From Camelus ferus (Eukaryota): 64,000 nucleotides of DNA. The notes beneath the pieces were generated by a model, which had not been told where the DNA came from, did not search any database, and saw only the letters and a program-made list of their open reading frames with translations. Of the stretch, positions 29,501 through 42,794 are shown one piece after another. Positions within the stretch are counted from its first letter, which is position 1. Each line of letters begins with the position of its first letter. Both the position numbers and the translations under genes were made by a program. The stretch is from positions 82,090,001 to 82,154,000 of the forward strand of contig NC_045697.1 of assembly GCF_009834535.1 (NCBI RefSeq), written 5' to 3'.

Positions 29501-31493
29501 AATGATTTTTTTCAAACAGAAAAATAAATTTCTCCAAACTAAGAAATTGTATTAGACTGTATTTTTTTCAGTGTTTCACTTAATTTTTATCTTTCTTTTA
29601 TCATAAATTTGCTTACAGAGCCTCCTAGGAATATATATTTTTAAAAATTTTACTCTCACTTCTGAAGTCTGTTAATTAGAGAAAATGTTGACCTTTATTT
29701 TCCACATGCTTTTTGAAGTAATTGAACTAATGACTAGAAAATGATTAAATTTGAAATATTATTGGTTTTCATCTTCACTATAAAATTATACAAGATGATT
29801 ATCTTTTTTGAAGTCCATAATTCATATTAAAACTACTGTAAATTTGACTTAAAAAATTTATTTTACTATCTCAGATAGTCTTTCTCAGTGATACTACTAA
29901 TTTATTACTAATAAATAAGATAAGATGATTGACTTAAAGTAGTCTGAATAGCTTAAATATAAAAAAATTTTTTTTTAAATAGGAAAAATACATATGTAGC
30001 AATAGAATAAAATAGAATCCAGGATTTGGAGAGTAGGGAATATCTTCATGATTTCATAGCTGACCACTAGAAAACTGTAATGTAATGACCCCATTTAAAT
30101 TCAAATGATAATAAACATTTTCAGGTCATGAAATTTTAGCATAAAGGAATTAAATTCCCTCAATTATATGAAATTGTTTGAGTGAAATGAAGAGTCAGTC
30201 ATAGTGAGCCATGGGTGGAAGTGTAAGAGGAAGCAACCCAAAGTGTAATTAATCTTTTCTAGTATGTTATTGATGTGTAGAGTTTCTGATTAGAATTGTT
30301 TCTTTCAAGTATTTCTTTTACAATTAAAATTTTTTTTATATGTTGGTGTTCTGGTATTTGATAGGTAAATTCATCTATAAAATTAATTGTAAATCTGATA
30401 GTTTGAAAATAGATTGAGTTATTAGCAACATTTTTAAACTGCTGACATTTTTGAATATTACATACACACTGTGAATGTGTATCAAGTGGAGAGTCTAAAA
30501 GATACACACTTTTACTGAACCAATGATCTACATTGTAAGAAATAGATTTTGGAACATATGCAGCACACAGGTGAAGGAGACATGCTAGATTATAATTCTA
30601 ATTATATCTGAAGTACTATGTTACAGAATATTTATTGCATTTGTTCATAATAATTTGTTCCACCATGATATAATTTTTTACAGATTCTGTAGGATCTAGT
30701 ATATATTGATTATTCAGTAAAAGCTTTAGTCACAGAGACCAAGTGTCAGGGATACCTTTACTACATAAAATGCAAGTATTTTTTAATGCCAGATTATTGC
30801 CAATAAAGGGTATCCTTTCAATTGTTTGCTCAAGTGATATATATGGGATATAGTCAGGATTGGAATTCTCATGAAAAGAGATGTATAACATTCAGGTCAA
30901 AATTGTCATATTTTTGAGACTGAGAAGAAGATATATAATCTTGTAAGAAATAATTATGTATAAATAGTTCAAGTAGTGAAATTTAACTTTTTCTCAATAT
31001 TGTGATTGTACTTATAAGAAAGATGACTTGATGGTATTTAAGCGTATTTGAACACATATATTTAAATAACCCCATGGGTTTTTAATAAAGTAATAACACA
31101 GAGACAATTAAATAAAGATTGAAGTAGGAATCTGTCACTGCCCCTTAAATTGTAATATTTAATCTTCCAACATACCTTCATTTGTTGAGTTTCTAAAAAT
31201 AGTGTTAGGCTTAGTCTGCAGTTAGAAATCTGTCTATAATTTTTCAGTTTATATTCAATACAACAAAATTGTGATGGTCTTCCAACATTTGTTGCTATTT
31301 TCAATGACTTATAATTGTGGGAGAGCTTAAGAGAAATGAATAAGAAATGAGAGCCAATGATTATGAAGTCCAGCTTTTGAATCTTGTTTTCTCTCCTTTG
31401 ATTCAGAATCACTTTTTCTGCTAGGGAATTGCAAACAGTACTCCTCTTACCAATTGAAATCTGCTATTCATTTTAAACAGCATGTTTTATTCT

Positions 31494-31629
31494 TCAACTT
31501 GTTTTTATTTATTTATTTTTTTAACATTTTTTATTGATTTATAATCATTTTACAATGTTGTGTCAAATTCCAGTGTTCAGCACAATTTTTCAGTTATTCA
31601 TGGACATATACAAACTCAACTTGTTTTTA
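31494..31629 (-). mobile_element. Young 5'-truncated L1 3' end (camelid L1-like), coordinates include TSDs
   Basis: Direct repeat tcaacttgttttta at 31494-31507 and 31616-31629, a T-rich tail, and close similarity to the copy at about 50010-50110. Confidence 0.92.
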
Positions 31630-33519
31630 AATGATATAAAGTATGTGACTTACCTGAGCACAAACACGCATTAAGAGCTCCTTGGGTGCCAAATGCTTGG
31701 GAAATATTTCATTATTTTGTGAACTACATTACTTGTAAACATGTTTCATATTTTGTCCATCTGTGCATCCCTCATGCCAGTTGTTATGCCATGTAACACT
31801 TGTATAACATATATTGATCGAAATAAATCTAGTTGAAATGAATTTAAATCAAATAAGATAATGGAAGGAGGGATTACTAAGAAGTGTCTCCAAAGCAATT
31901 TATGCTCCATGGGAGTATTGAAGGAGAATATTAGAGTAGAAAATAATTGAGAATAAAAATCTGGTGGTATAAGCCATATCATAGGATGGTAAAGGAGAAT
32001 ATATGTTTCATTGGCTTGACAAAGTTACTAAACTTATAAATTGCCAAAATGAAGCATACCTTGAAAGACAAGCAAGAGAATTATTTAATGAAAATACATA
32101 GGCTCATTTAGGCTAGACTGAAGACTGTTTTCCAATGCGTTTTTTTTTTTTTTCTATAAAGGAATTAACATAATTTAAGAGTAAGGCTTTCTTTATATGT
32201 TATTCAGGCATGTGATGTTTATCACTCATTCTGGTAATGAAGATATTGTCAGAATTTTTTGAGTAATTTATATCAAATAAAATTACACTGCAAATAAAGA
32301 AGGACTTTTGGCCCTCTTATACCCCAGTTGAGGCTAAAGCGTTCTATCTCATGTATAGGTAAATTAAGAATCTAGAACTTCTAGATGAAGCATCTAGAAC
32401 TATCTAGTAAGTATCATCAACCTGCTATACTGCTAAAGTCCTGAATGTCCCATTATCAAAAGGCATTTTGAGGTGAATGAATAATAAGCTTTCAGTAGTG
32501 GATAAAGATAAATATTTTTAAAGCAATGCTTCATTAAAGCTTAGTATGTATTTCAAATTTTATAATTAGTTTGGATAAGTTAGAATATTGTATTATTTTA
32601 AAATACAAATAATAAATACTGTTAATATAAATACAAAACACAAACTAGCAACATAAATAATCTTTAAATTTCAGCATTAAAACACTTCAAAATCATATAT
32701 TATTTTGTATACAATCTGTTGTAGCCACCATCCCAACATTAAGGTATTCATTCATTCATTCATTTATTTTTACATTAAATGTGGAACTTGGTTTTTCCAG
32801 AAATAGAGAAAAGAAAAGAAAAAAGTTAGAGTGATTCTATGGTCTCTGTGTCACAGCTTTATTCTTAGGTTTCAAATTCATTAAGTTTAGGCTGAATAAT
32901 ACGCGAGCTGAAAAAGTGTTAAATCCACTGCAGGTTTGATGATACTTCAAATTCTGTATGTGCACATTCACTGTAGGTTCCCTGTTCTTCATTGATCTGC
33001 TGGCTGCCATATACTTTCAAAGTCCTCAGCTGGGAAAGTATATTCAAATGAGACTTATAGTCAATACTAACACAAAATAATATGCATTTAATAAATCAAT
33101 AGAAAGTTAGCACTTCAGTAGAAGAATAGATCAAAATTTTGACAGATATATCATCAAAAGAAACATACAAATAGCAAATAAACCCTTAAAAAGTTAGAAG
33201 CACCAACAAAATTTAAAGGTTTCATCAGTCAAATTGTCAGTGATTATTTAAAAATGCTTATGCATATTGTTTAAAATATTGGAAGAATATCAAAAGTGTT
33301 TTGGGCAATATTGTTGATATAATGGTTCTTAAAATCAAATGGCAATATTATTATATTAAGATGCTTTAAATTGTTTTGATGAATAATTTTAATTCTATAT
33401 GGAATCTTTTATATAGAAAATATTTAGAATACAGCTATAGCTCCTACCCAGAACGTAGGCTCAATCTAAAGAATAAAAAAAAATACTTACTGCTCTTACA
33501 ATTATAGCTCTTACAGTTT

Positions 33520-33665
33520 TTACATAATCTTAACAACAGTCATAGGTGGCAGTATCATTATCACCATTTTTACACATGAAAGCTAAAGCTTAGAAGTATT
33601 ATGTAATTTAGTAGTCGACATATTATTAAGTCTTGGAGCCAAATTTCAGACACAGTTCTGTTTAA
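33520..33665 (-). mobile_element. MIR SINE fragment
   Basis: aatcttaacaacagtcataggtggcagtatcattatcaccatttttacacatgaaagctaaagcttagaag is the MIR core. Confidence 0.75.
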
Positions 33666-36600
33666 TCAGATGAACAGTAACTAACAGGGAAAATACTAGT
33701 AATCATTTTTGGTGGTTATTTTGATTTGTGTTTGTAATAATCTTTGCTATACTTTCATTTTTGAAAATATAAGAATATATGTCCCTTTCCAATGTATGTT
33801 CCAAGTATTTTCCCCAGTGAATATATCTTTATATTATATTTATTTTCACATAATTAATTTTACCTTTTGGGAGGAAAGGATATAAAGAGTATGAACTAGG
33901 TGATCATAGATAAATGAAAATCATATATATATATATTACATATATGTATAAAGTTGTATATGAAAACCAAGTATATATATATATATATATGTAATACAGT
34001 TAATGTGTAAAGATCAAACAGTTGAAGAAACTGTCAATAAAATTTTCATGATGAGTTGAATCTCTTCTAAATTTACATAATTTAAAAATACAGTTTTTTG
34101 AAATTATAATTAACATGCATAATTAAGAAACCGAAAGAAAAATCTTATGTATTTAGAGAATAAAATACCTTTGATTAAATGTATAGAAAGAGACACTCTA
34201 TTTAGATAATTAAACACTACTTCTCACAAATATATCCATTTATTTATGCTCTTTCAACTTTTGTGTATATTAATATATATGCTCAAGTTCAGCAGAGCAG
34301 TAGCTGGTAAAATCTTTAAGGAAAAAATACAGTAATGCATATTGACCCTACAAATGGGATTTTTCCCTTAAAAGTAAGTTCATATTGCATGGTGTTTTTA
34401 GTTCCTTTTCTAACAGTAAACTGTCAAGTCATTTCTACTCTACTCTAAGAAAGAATGATTGAATTCAGAGAGGGTTAGCCTAATGTAATCCATCAAATAT
34501 TTAATATTAATAGTAGCTCTAAGCAATATATCAACCTTAGTTATAATAAACAGAAATAGGAGAAAAACAAATGGATATGGCTTTTTTGAAATTCTCTTTT
34601 CATGCTTAGAATGAATTAGTCTCCATGCCTTCAAAAGCACATATTTTGAAGGTAGTATCATTGTAGTGTTGTTTTTAACATTACTAGTTAAAATTTTACT
34701 TTTACTAGTGGAGAACGGAGATTTTACAACTGTTTCTATGAAGTTTTAATTAGCATATAATTTATTAAATAGTAATAATTCTTGAAAATTATTAAATCAA
34801 AATACTTCTTAAGAAATACAGAAAGGCAGGAAAAAAAGGCTGTTTTAAGCACCACAAGTCGTTATAAAAGCTGGTAATGAATCTAAGGTTCTTAAATCCT
34901 TCATTACATCTTGATTTATGATACATCTTTTCAAAGTTAAAATGCCTATTTAACAAATTTTAAAATTTGAATAAAATATACATTAGGCTTTTCTCTGAAA
35001 ATATGGATCATACGGTGGTAAAATTCAGTGGCTCCTAGTTAATACACCAATGTTATATCAAATTGTAAACCCTTAAATGGGAGTTTCAAAGGCCTGTATT
35101 TTCAGTAGTCAATCCATACTCTGCCAATTGATTTCTCATCCTTGGCTTTTCCCTGGAATTCTAAACTCAAAATCAATCTGCTTGGGAGATACTTGGAATG
35201 TAGCTGTGATGCTAGATTTAAAATGAAAGTCAAAAAAAAAAAAAAAAAAGATTTTTAAGTTGAATTGGAGTTACAGGAAGAATGTGATTAAAAATATTTG
35301 TTCCTCTGATATTACTATTCCTCTTAATTCAGATTAGTTACATATTCCTCATAACCACTACTTTCTTGTTACAGAACTTGCTGTTTTAAACCTGAAATCT
35401 GTCAGAAAAATGACCTAAAATGATGCCTTGTACATATTTAATTGCTTTGATATATATAGAATTATTATGATTTTTTAACAGTTTTAGAATTAGAGAAAAT
35501 CATAAATTTATCTAAAATTAATTTACAGAACTTCAACATTAATTAGCTACGTTTTGATGATTGACCCTGATATTATACATGATTGCACCTTTCTTGTGTA
35601 TATTTTCATTTATCATAAAATTTAAGTTTTTACTTAATAAATATGCTGCTGAAATGTAAACTTAATGGTTGCAGTTTGGGAAGAAGTACTATGCAATTTT
35701 TCCAGTCTTTTAGAGTTACTTAGGGTTTCCCATGGGCAAGGTGGCATGCTATTCTGAAGTTGGAGAGGGAGCAGTTACAGAGAGTTCATGAAAGTGTTGT
35801 TCCTTCTCCTGTTTTTATTCTCTCCTACTTCTCTTATCACCATTTGAGGAGAGATGCTGATTTATTTAAAGACAATGGACTGAAATGTGATCACCTGAGA
35901 GATACTGAATCAGTCTTGAATGGCCATTATGGATTGCACTGAAAGATACTAAGTGTATGTTTCTAGCTGAATCATAGTATCTTGAATCAGACATAAACAA
36001 ACTTATAATATTTATTCAATTTATATGTAGAAATGATATATATGTGTCAATACCTGCCATGGGAGTTTTAGGGAAAATTAATATGTAGACAAGAATTGAC
36101 ATGGCTTTCTTTCCATCTCTCACTCCAGCTTCTGCCTGAAGCCTCTCACTAGCCACTTCCTAATCTAGAAATTGAGTGATTTCAAATGACTTTCTCACTG
36201 TCCATTGTCCACCACTACACTCAATTATATGTATTCTCTACATGTGTGGTATTAGCCTCAGAGAGGAAGACCCTGAAAAAAAATCTTAAATTTTACAATG
36301 ATTTGTAAGATTAAAAACCCAAAAATGTTTTATCTGAAATAATTTCTACCAACTCAATTTAAAGCTGATATTTCTGTTTGCCATCAGAATCATATAGGCA
36401 TGAAGCATATGGTTTTGAAATAATATGCTTAATGTCTATATTTGTAATAAATATAAATATATATTTATTATATTATAATGAATATTTATATTTAATTAAA
36501 CAGAGTGTGAATAAAGTTTAATCATTCTGTGTATATTAGCTGTTTGAAAGGAGTGAGCCAAAAAAAAAGCTTTATTCATAGTTTTTTCTGTCTTCTGCCA

Positions 36601-37169
36601 TGTGTTTTTAGGTTTTATTATGGTGTCTCCTCTTGTGATTCTACTGAAAGGGCTTAGATTATCACTTTTATTCCAGTGGTTAAATAATCTTCTATAGTCT
36701 AATGATTGCTTCAGTTTACAAGGCTCTATTGAGCAACTCAACATTTCTACAAGCAACTTAACATTTTTACTCTCAATGCACAAATTTTTTTAACAAAAAA
36801 ACAAAAGCTAATATAATAGGTTTCCTTTATTCCCAGTTCCTGCACAAACCCCTCTGCCCCATTGCCTAGTTACGATAATTGAAATGCCTTGAAGTCTGAG
36901 ACAGTGGCTCTTGTATTTTTGGTTCTTCCTTCTTCCTCAGGACCCACATCAAAATGTGAACCACAGAATACTGTTTCATATACATGTAAGCACCATATAA
37001 ATATCAGGACTTCTTTCCAGACACAGTACTATAGCCTTCAGACATAATTCATAATTATACCTGGACAGTAGAGCGTGGGCAGAGAAAAGGTAACAACCAT
37101 GCTGAAATCTTACATTTATCTCATCTCCATAGATATTAAGTGGGCTCGTAAAGCTTCAAACAATTGCAT

Positions 37170-37690
37170 TACTACACGTAATCCACTGACAGTCTCTTAC
37201 TCCAGCTTGACTTTTTCACAACTTTTCTTCCCTCCTCAACCTCCAGCACTGGGCTTCCAGACTTACTCAGCAGTCTTATTTCCTTCTTTACTGAGGAAAT
37301 GGATGCAATGAGAAAAGAATGTTTGGATAATCTTCTATCACAAATACCCAGCAGGTATTCTCCACTTTCACTTCTAGCAGAAATGAACTATCTATCGTCC
37401 TAAACAAAACCAATTTATTCACTTGTGCTTTGGAGTCCACTGTGCTTCTCTACCTTAGATCATCACTCTACCAATTCTACCTTATCTCTTCTACATCAAG
37501 TGTTTGTCATTCAAGACATTTCCATCAACCTAGAGTGAGACAAACAAGATAAAGCAAAAATAATTGCTCCCCTTTGCCTGAAAACTCTGTTACCTAAATG
37601 AGTTATTTGCACTTTCTCCATTTTTCTCTTTCCATGATCTGTTAAACTACTCCTAAAGTTTTCACCCAGACCACTGCACACAAAATGTTT
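37170..37690 (+). mobile_element. LINE-2 fragment
   Basis: tttccttctttactgaggaaatggatgcaatgagaaaagaa; cacttgtgctttggagtccac. Confidence 0.6.
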
Positions 37691-38827
37691 CTGACATTGT
37701 CAGATATCTAATATTATTAGACTATTGTTGTCATAAAGGATTCCACTTTTTAAATATCACTCATAATTAGCAAACTTGCTGAAATCTGACATTTGAATAA
37801 TCTCTTCAAACAATCGTATCTGGCAGATAATGGGATTATTCCATGACCTCAGCAAATGTTTGTTAAAACATGAAAAATGCTTTTACTGTTGTTTTACACA
37901 TATAGAGTAATGAAGAAAAATTATAAAACTAGTATTTATTTAGAACATTTTAAACAGAAGCATTGAGTAAAAAATGTTTTATTGCTTATTAAAGAATAAA
38001 GCTTTCATATTACTTTTCATATTAAATGTTTTTGCCTTCAGTTTCTTTCCATATAATTTATGATAATAAGCCTCGGTGAATTGTTGTAATCTTTTATAAA
38101 TTTAGATCAGTTTCTAATATTTCATCCTTTTAATTTCCAATGTCATGAAATATTACTGAGAGGTCTTTCATTGTGAAGTTTTTGGGCAGCATCAGTTCTT
38201 CTGGGACATCTTCATTATTATTGTCACAATAGCTTTCTTCATTTATGTCCCTAAGTTTACCTTTGCTAATTTCCTCTAGTTGCATATCTAGAGTATCTTG
38301 AATCATGACAGTGTCAACATTCTCACGGTCATCTCTTTATCTAACTCCATTTTCATTCTATTTAAATACTGTAAAATTATTTGAACAGTATTGTAAAGTT
38401 TTCTGCTATACCTCATATATATTACTACTTTTTACTTGCTGCATGAAGCTTACATGTTTTCAGTTGCATACTTTATATCATATATATTTCCCCAAACCTT
38501 AGCTAAAGAATTGCATGATCCTCAGTTATAATATCAATAGCCTATCTGAAAGCTTATATAAAATAGAGGGTTTTAAAAGTTGAAATAGTTGTTTGGTCCA
38601 TTGGCAGAGTTAATGAAGTTGTACTTGGTGATAAAAAACACATTTTTGTATTTTCTTTCAAGGGCCTGAGGGAATCAGAGTGATCTGGAACATTATCTCA
38701 CTGTAGTAGTGCTTTAAAATTTAATTTGTTGGTATGATTAAAAAAACAAGAAGAAAGAAATTTAAAACTGAGAACTCAGCCCACTCCTGCTGAGTTTGAA
38801 TCTAAACAGAGCCACTAACTAAAGAAT

Positions 38828-39050
38828 TAGGGTTGCCTTTAGAAGCTGAGATCACAGGTTGATTCTATAAGGAAAGAGGAATCTCATTCCTACAGTCACA
38901 AAGAACTGAATTCACCCATAATCTGGAAGCTTGGAAGCCGACTCTTCCCTGAACACAGAGAGAAATGCAGCCCTCCAGAAACCTTGACCTTGGCATTTGG
39001 TATCTGGGAGCTGAATCAGGCTGACCTGGACTTCTGACCTTTAGAAATTA
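38828..39050 (+). mobile_element. MaLR LTR fragment (MLT1-like)
   Basis: cctacagtcacaaagaactgaattc; aatgcagccctccagaaaccttgacc; ggacttctgacctttagaa. Confidence 0.75.
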
Positions 39051-39382
39051 CTGCACCAATATAGCTCTAGTCCATCAGGATGGTGTATCTTAGAGGAGAA
39101 ACCTGGACAACAGCCAGTAGAATAAATTCTCTCTTGGTTACTACTGGTACAGAATATTTTCCAAGGCAATATGGTCAGAAGCATGAGCCTCAAGGATGTT
39201 AATACATGGAACCTTCTCAGAAATCTTCCAGTAGATCTCCTGCTTCACTTCAAATATCACAGACAAATGAGTCCTTATTGCTGCTTGCCAGTCCAAACTG
39301 ATCCCATTTTGTTTTTTCAGTACTACCTCCACCCCAAATTTAAGCCAACAGTCAACTCAGTCTACTGAGAGACTCAGTAGTT

Positions 39383-39935
39383 TGTTACCCAGAAATTGAG
39401 TTCACTTCTTGGTGGGCGTGGAGCCAAAAGGCTCAACCAAATCAAAGATCGGGAGAAGGATTACTTGGCAAGTAAGGAGAACACCAGGTATCTTTCCCAT
39501 AGCAGTGTCTCCGCCAACAGCAAAAGAGGGGAAGTTTTAAGCTAAGGGTACATGCATATTCATGAAGGGGCTTGGGCAGTGGACAGGGTCCAAGCTTTAG
39601 TTGACTGAAGTCCTAAGGGTCAGAAAAAATCAACATATCATCCCTCAGGTTCCAGTTGATCTGATGGTTGAGAGCTTCAAGCCAATTTTTATTATTGAAA
39701 CAGAACTGGAGACTTTATGACTGCTGTCTTTGCTATTGTTACTTCTCTTGTTTGAAAACAGCCTTTTGTGTCTGTATTCTTTTGTTCTCTTAAGATCAGT
39801 AATTACCGAGACCTGGTCAAGGACAAGTATTGTGGCCAGGCTTACATCACAAAATGGCTTAGGTCAAAAATGGCTTCTTTTGTGTCAAGAAAGCCATGCC
39901 TGATTTTCTTTCTTTTTCTACATTATCTGCGTATA
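39383..39935 (-). mobile_element. ERV1-type solo LTR
   Basis: Starts tgttacccagaa and ends tatctgcgtata. The direct repeat tagttt overlaps both termini (39378-39383, 39934-39939). GC shift. Confidence 0.78.
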
Positions 39936-40778
39936 GTTTTTAGGTTAGTTAATGTTGGTCCTCAGAACAGACTATGAATAGTACTCTAACAAAGATGCTC
40001 ATATGTAAATTTATGGTGCTAATTTGTACAAAAAACACATATGAGGATACCTAACCTTATGTCTAGGCTTATAGAGAAGGAGTAACAGGAAACAAAACCC
40101 TTTACCCAAGTACCTAGAAAAAATTAAAATTTGTAGCTATTTGAAAGGAAGACCATTGTTTTATATTTCCACTCATGAAGAACAATTTTCTTGAAAGGAG
40201 GTTTTAGTATATCTGAGTAAGGGCTTCCTACAAATAAGGGAAATTATGTAGAAAAGAGGTGAGGAGGATCTTAGACAACTTTTTCAAACTCAAAACTAGT
40301 TGTTTTGAACTGGTTTTGTACAGAAAAATTGTAATCAGTCTCTAATTGTATGATTCAGATAAAAGTTACAAAAAGAGTCTTTGAGGAAATCATTGTGGAT
40401 CAAGTCTTTAGGGGAAAATTAGCTCTTTTATATAAATACTTTCTAGCATTACCTCAAAAATAAGCAAAAATTCATAATGAGCAAAACTGATTACCATATA
40501 AAGAAGAATCTCTAGAAAAAAAATAAAAATGTAAATAGATACAATTAAATATTATTTTCATTTTTATTCTAAAAAAAATTGTGTTTATGTATCTTTCTAC
40601 TCTGGACAAAAATACAATTGAAACCAGTGCTGAAACTATGTTATTGTTATTTATAACATTTATTTGAAAGCCAAATGATTGGTGGGGATGATATGTCATT
40701 ATTTTTAGGGCTCTGAGAGTCTCAAAAAGATTGAAATTATGTAAAGGTTTCAATTTAAAGTCACCTCTGCAGTGCCTT

Positions 40779-41331
40779 TGTTATCAGAGAGCAGGTTCTT
40801 GTCTTGTCACAGAAAGAATTCAGAAAGGAGACACAGAGGTCAAGAAAGCAAAGCTAGGATTTATTAAGCAATAGGTAGTACACTCTCAAGTGGACAGTGG
40901 GCAGACCATGTGGGTGGCTGCCTCGAGTTTCTTTGGCAGGCTGGTTATATGGGTGTAAAACTGAATGGACAGAATATTCACTGATGGAGAGGAGTTCGGG
41001 GTCACCTTCCCTGATCTTCATCCCAGCTCTACCTTCCCAAGGGAAGGAAGGATTTATATTTTTAGTCTTGATTGAGGCATTAGATGAGGGCATAATGAGC
41101 AAAAGGTTACATTCAGATGCTATAGATTCCTGTCTTGTCCCACCTGTCTTTGCCTCCAGGACACTTGTCAACTCAAAACGTATGCTTTCTTATCAGTTTG
41201 AGGTTCCTTCTTTTCTTGGTCTGCCCAAGGACCCCTCCTCCCCGACCGTTGTTCACAGGATATATGGTTTCCTGCCATTTGGCTCAGGTCCCCTTTCTGT
41301 GCTCATGTCTAGCTACCTGCCTACTCCAACC
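40779..41331 (-). mobile_element. ERV1-type solo LTR
   Basis: Starts tgttatcagagagcaggttcttg, has minus-strand AATAAA at about 40860, ends ctagctacctgcctactccaac. Flanks cctt and cctc. Confidence 0.8.
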
Positions 41332-41614
41332 CCTCCTAATAAGAGAGTTAAAATATCTTTAACTCCTTTGTGGCTACTTCACATTCCTTGTTTTCATCAC
41401 ACAAGTTCTTAATGAGGTTGCCTTCCCAAAGAAGATACAGTTCTAACCAACCCTAAATATTTAATGACAATCATAACTACCTACTGTAGCTTATCCTAGA
41501 ATCTGCGTACAAACTTTACAGCAGCATCCTTACATGTGCTGGAAGTTTCAACAGACAGTTTAATATTTCTTAATTCATGCAGACTTTTGAAATGATGAAA
41601 CCAGCCTTTGTTGA

Positions 41615-41735
41615 CAGGACAAGTTATCTCATTAGCATAAACTATCAGATGTAGTCTGAGGGGTTCACCATGAATAACAAAGACACTCCTATCACTAGGG
41701 AAATTCCAAAGATTTAGAAGGTTACCTTCCAAGAT
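41615..41735. mobile_element. MER21-like LTR fragment
   Basis: ctcattagcataaact...atgaataacaaagacactcctatcactagggaaattccaaagatttag. Confidence 0.7.
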
Positions 41736-41759
41736 CCTTAACAGTGGCAGACTTTAGGT

Positions 41760-42530
41760 TTGTCTTTTTTGAAGCCCATATTAAACCAACTTTAATTCTA
41801 TAGACTTTATATGTTAAGGCAAGTACTATCACTTTTATTTAAATTTTAGAATATTGTTGACTTCTAAAAAAAATCAGAAGTGTGATTGGTATTGCATTGA
41901 ATTTATTATTTAAATTGGGAAGAATTTATATTTTTATGATATAGAGTTTTCTTATCTATGAATAAGAAATTGCTCCCCATTTATTTAAGCTTCTTGGAAT
42001 AATATTTTATATTTTTCTATAGTGATCTTGCATACTTTCATTAAGCTTATTCTTAATTATCCTTACTTAATGTGGCTCTTGTTACACCTTTTCGTTTCAT
42101 TTAAACTGTTTCTTATTTGCAGAAATACAATTGAATTTTTTATATTATTTTAACTGTTACATTGTGAAAATATCTTATTAATTTAATAATATTTCTAGGA
42201 CTACCTTTAAATTTCAAAATCAATAAATGTATCTATGAAAATAAGTTATGTTTTTTAATCTACCAAAATTGTAATTATTTTCTATCTTTTAATGTTGTAG
42301 CTGAGTCTTCCTGTATTACTAATTGAAGCACTAAAATTTATTATTGTTTTCTTATTCCCAAATTTAAAAGTGATGATTTTAAACTTTTAGTTGAATTACT
42401 ATGTTTTATGTTTGTCAACTTCCTTTTTTTGTAGATCTTTTATCAGGTAGGCAGTTTTTTTTTCCTCCTTCCTTTCTAGTTTGTCAAAGAAATTTCAATT
42501 TAATGATTCAAACATGAATCATTATTGAGG
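41760..42530 (-). mobile_element. Very old L1 ORF2 fragment
   Basis: gattggtattgcattgaatttattatttaaattgggaagaatt; agaaatacaattgaattttttatatt. Confidence 0.7.
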
Positions 42531-42794
42531 ATTATTAAGGACTATTTCTGATACAAATAGCAGTTTTTGAGTACATGGTTTCTACATACACAAACACACA
42601 CAGGCAAAGTTTATATCCTGTTTTGAGAGACTGAGTAAGGACTAGAGAAATCAAAGTTACTGTAGCCCTCTCTGAGGAGATAACATGTGGGTGGAGACTT
42701 AATGTGACATGCCAAGCCTCGCAAATATCAATTATGATTAAGTGGGTTATTTTGTAATTTGCTTTCCTTAGTGAGGAAATGATTTCCTTTTTTA

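Noticed and set aside
32370..32408. Hairpin ttctagatg-aag-catctagaa with repeated TCTAG units
   Set aside because: Only a 9-bp stem, explicable by local micro-duplication of a palindrome; spacing does not fit a heat-shock element.
40897..41412. 171-aa ORF
   Set aside because: Lies antisense within a solo LTR, has a GTG start and no recognisable protein motif.
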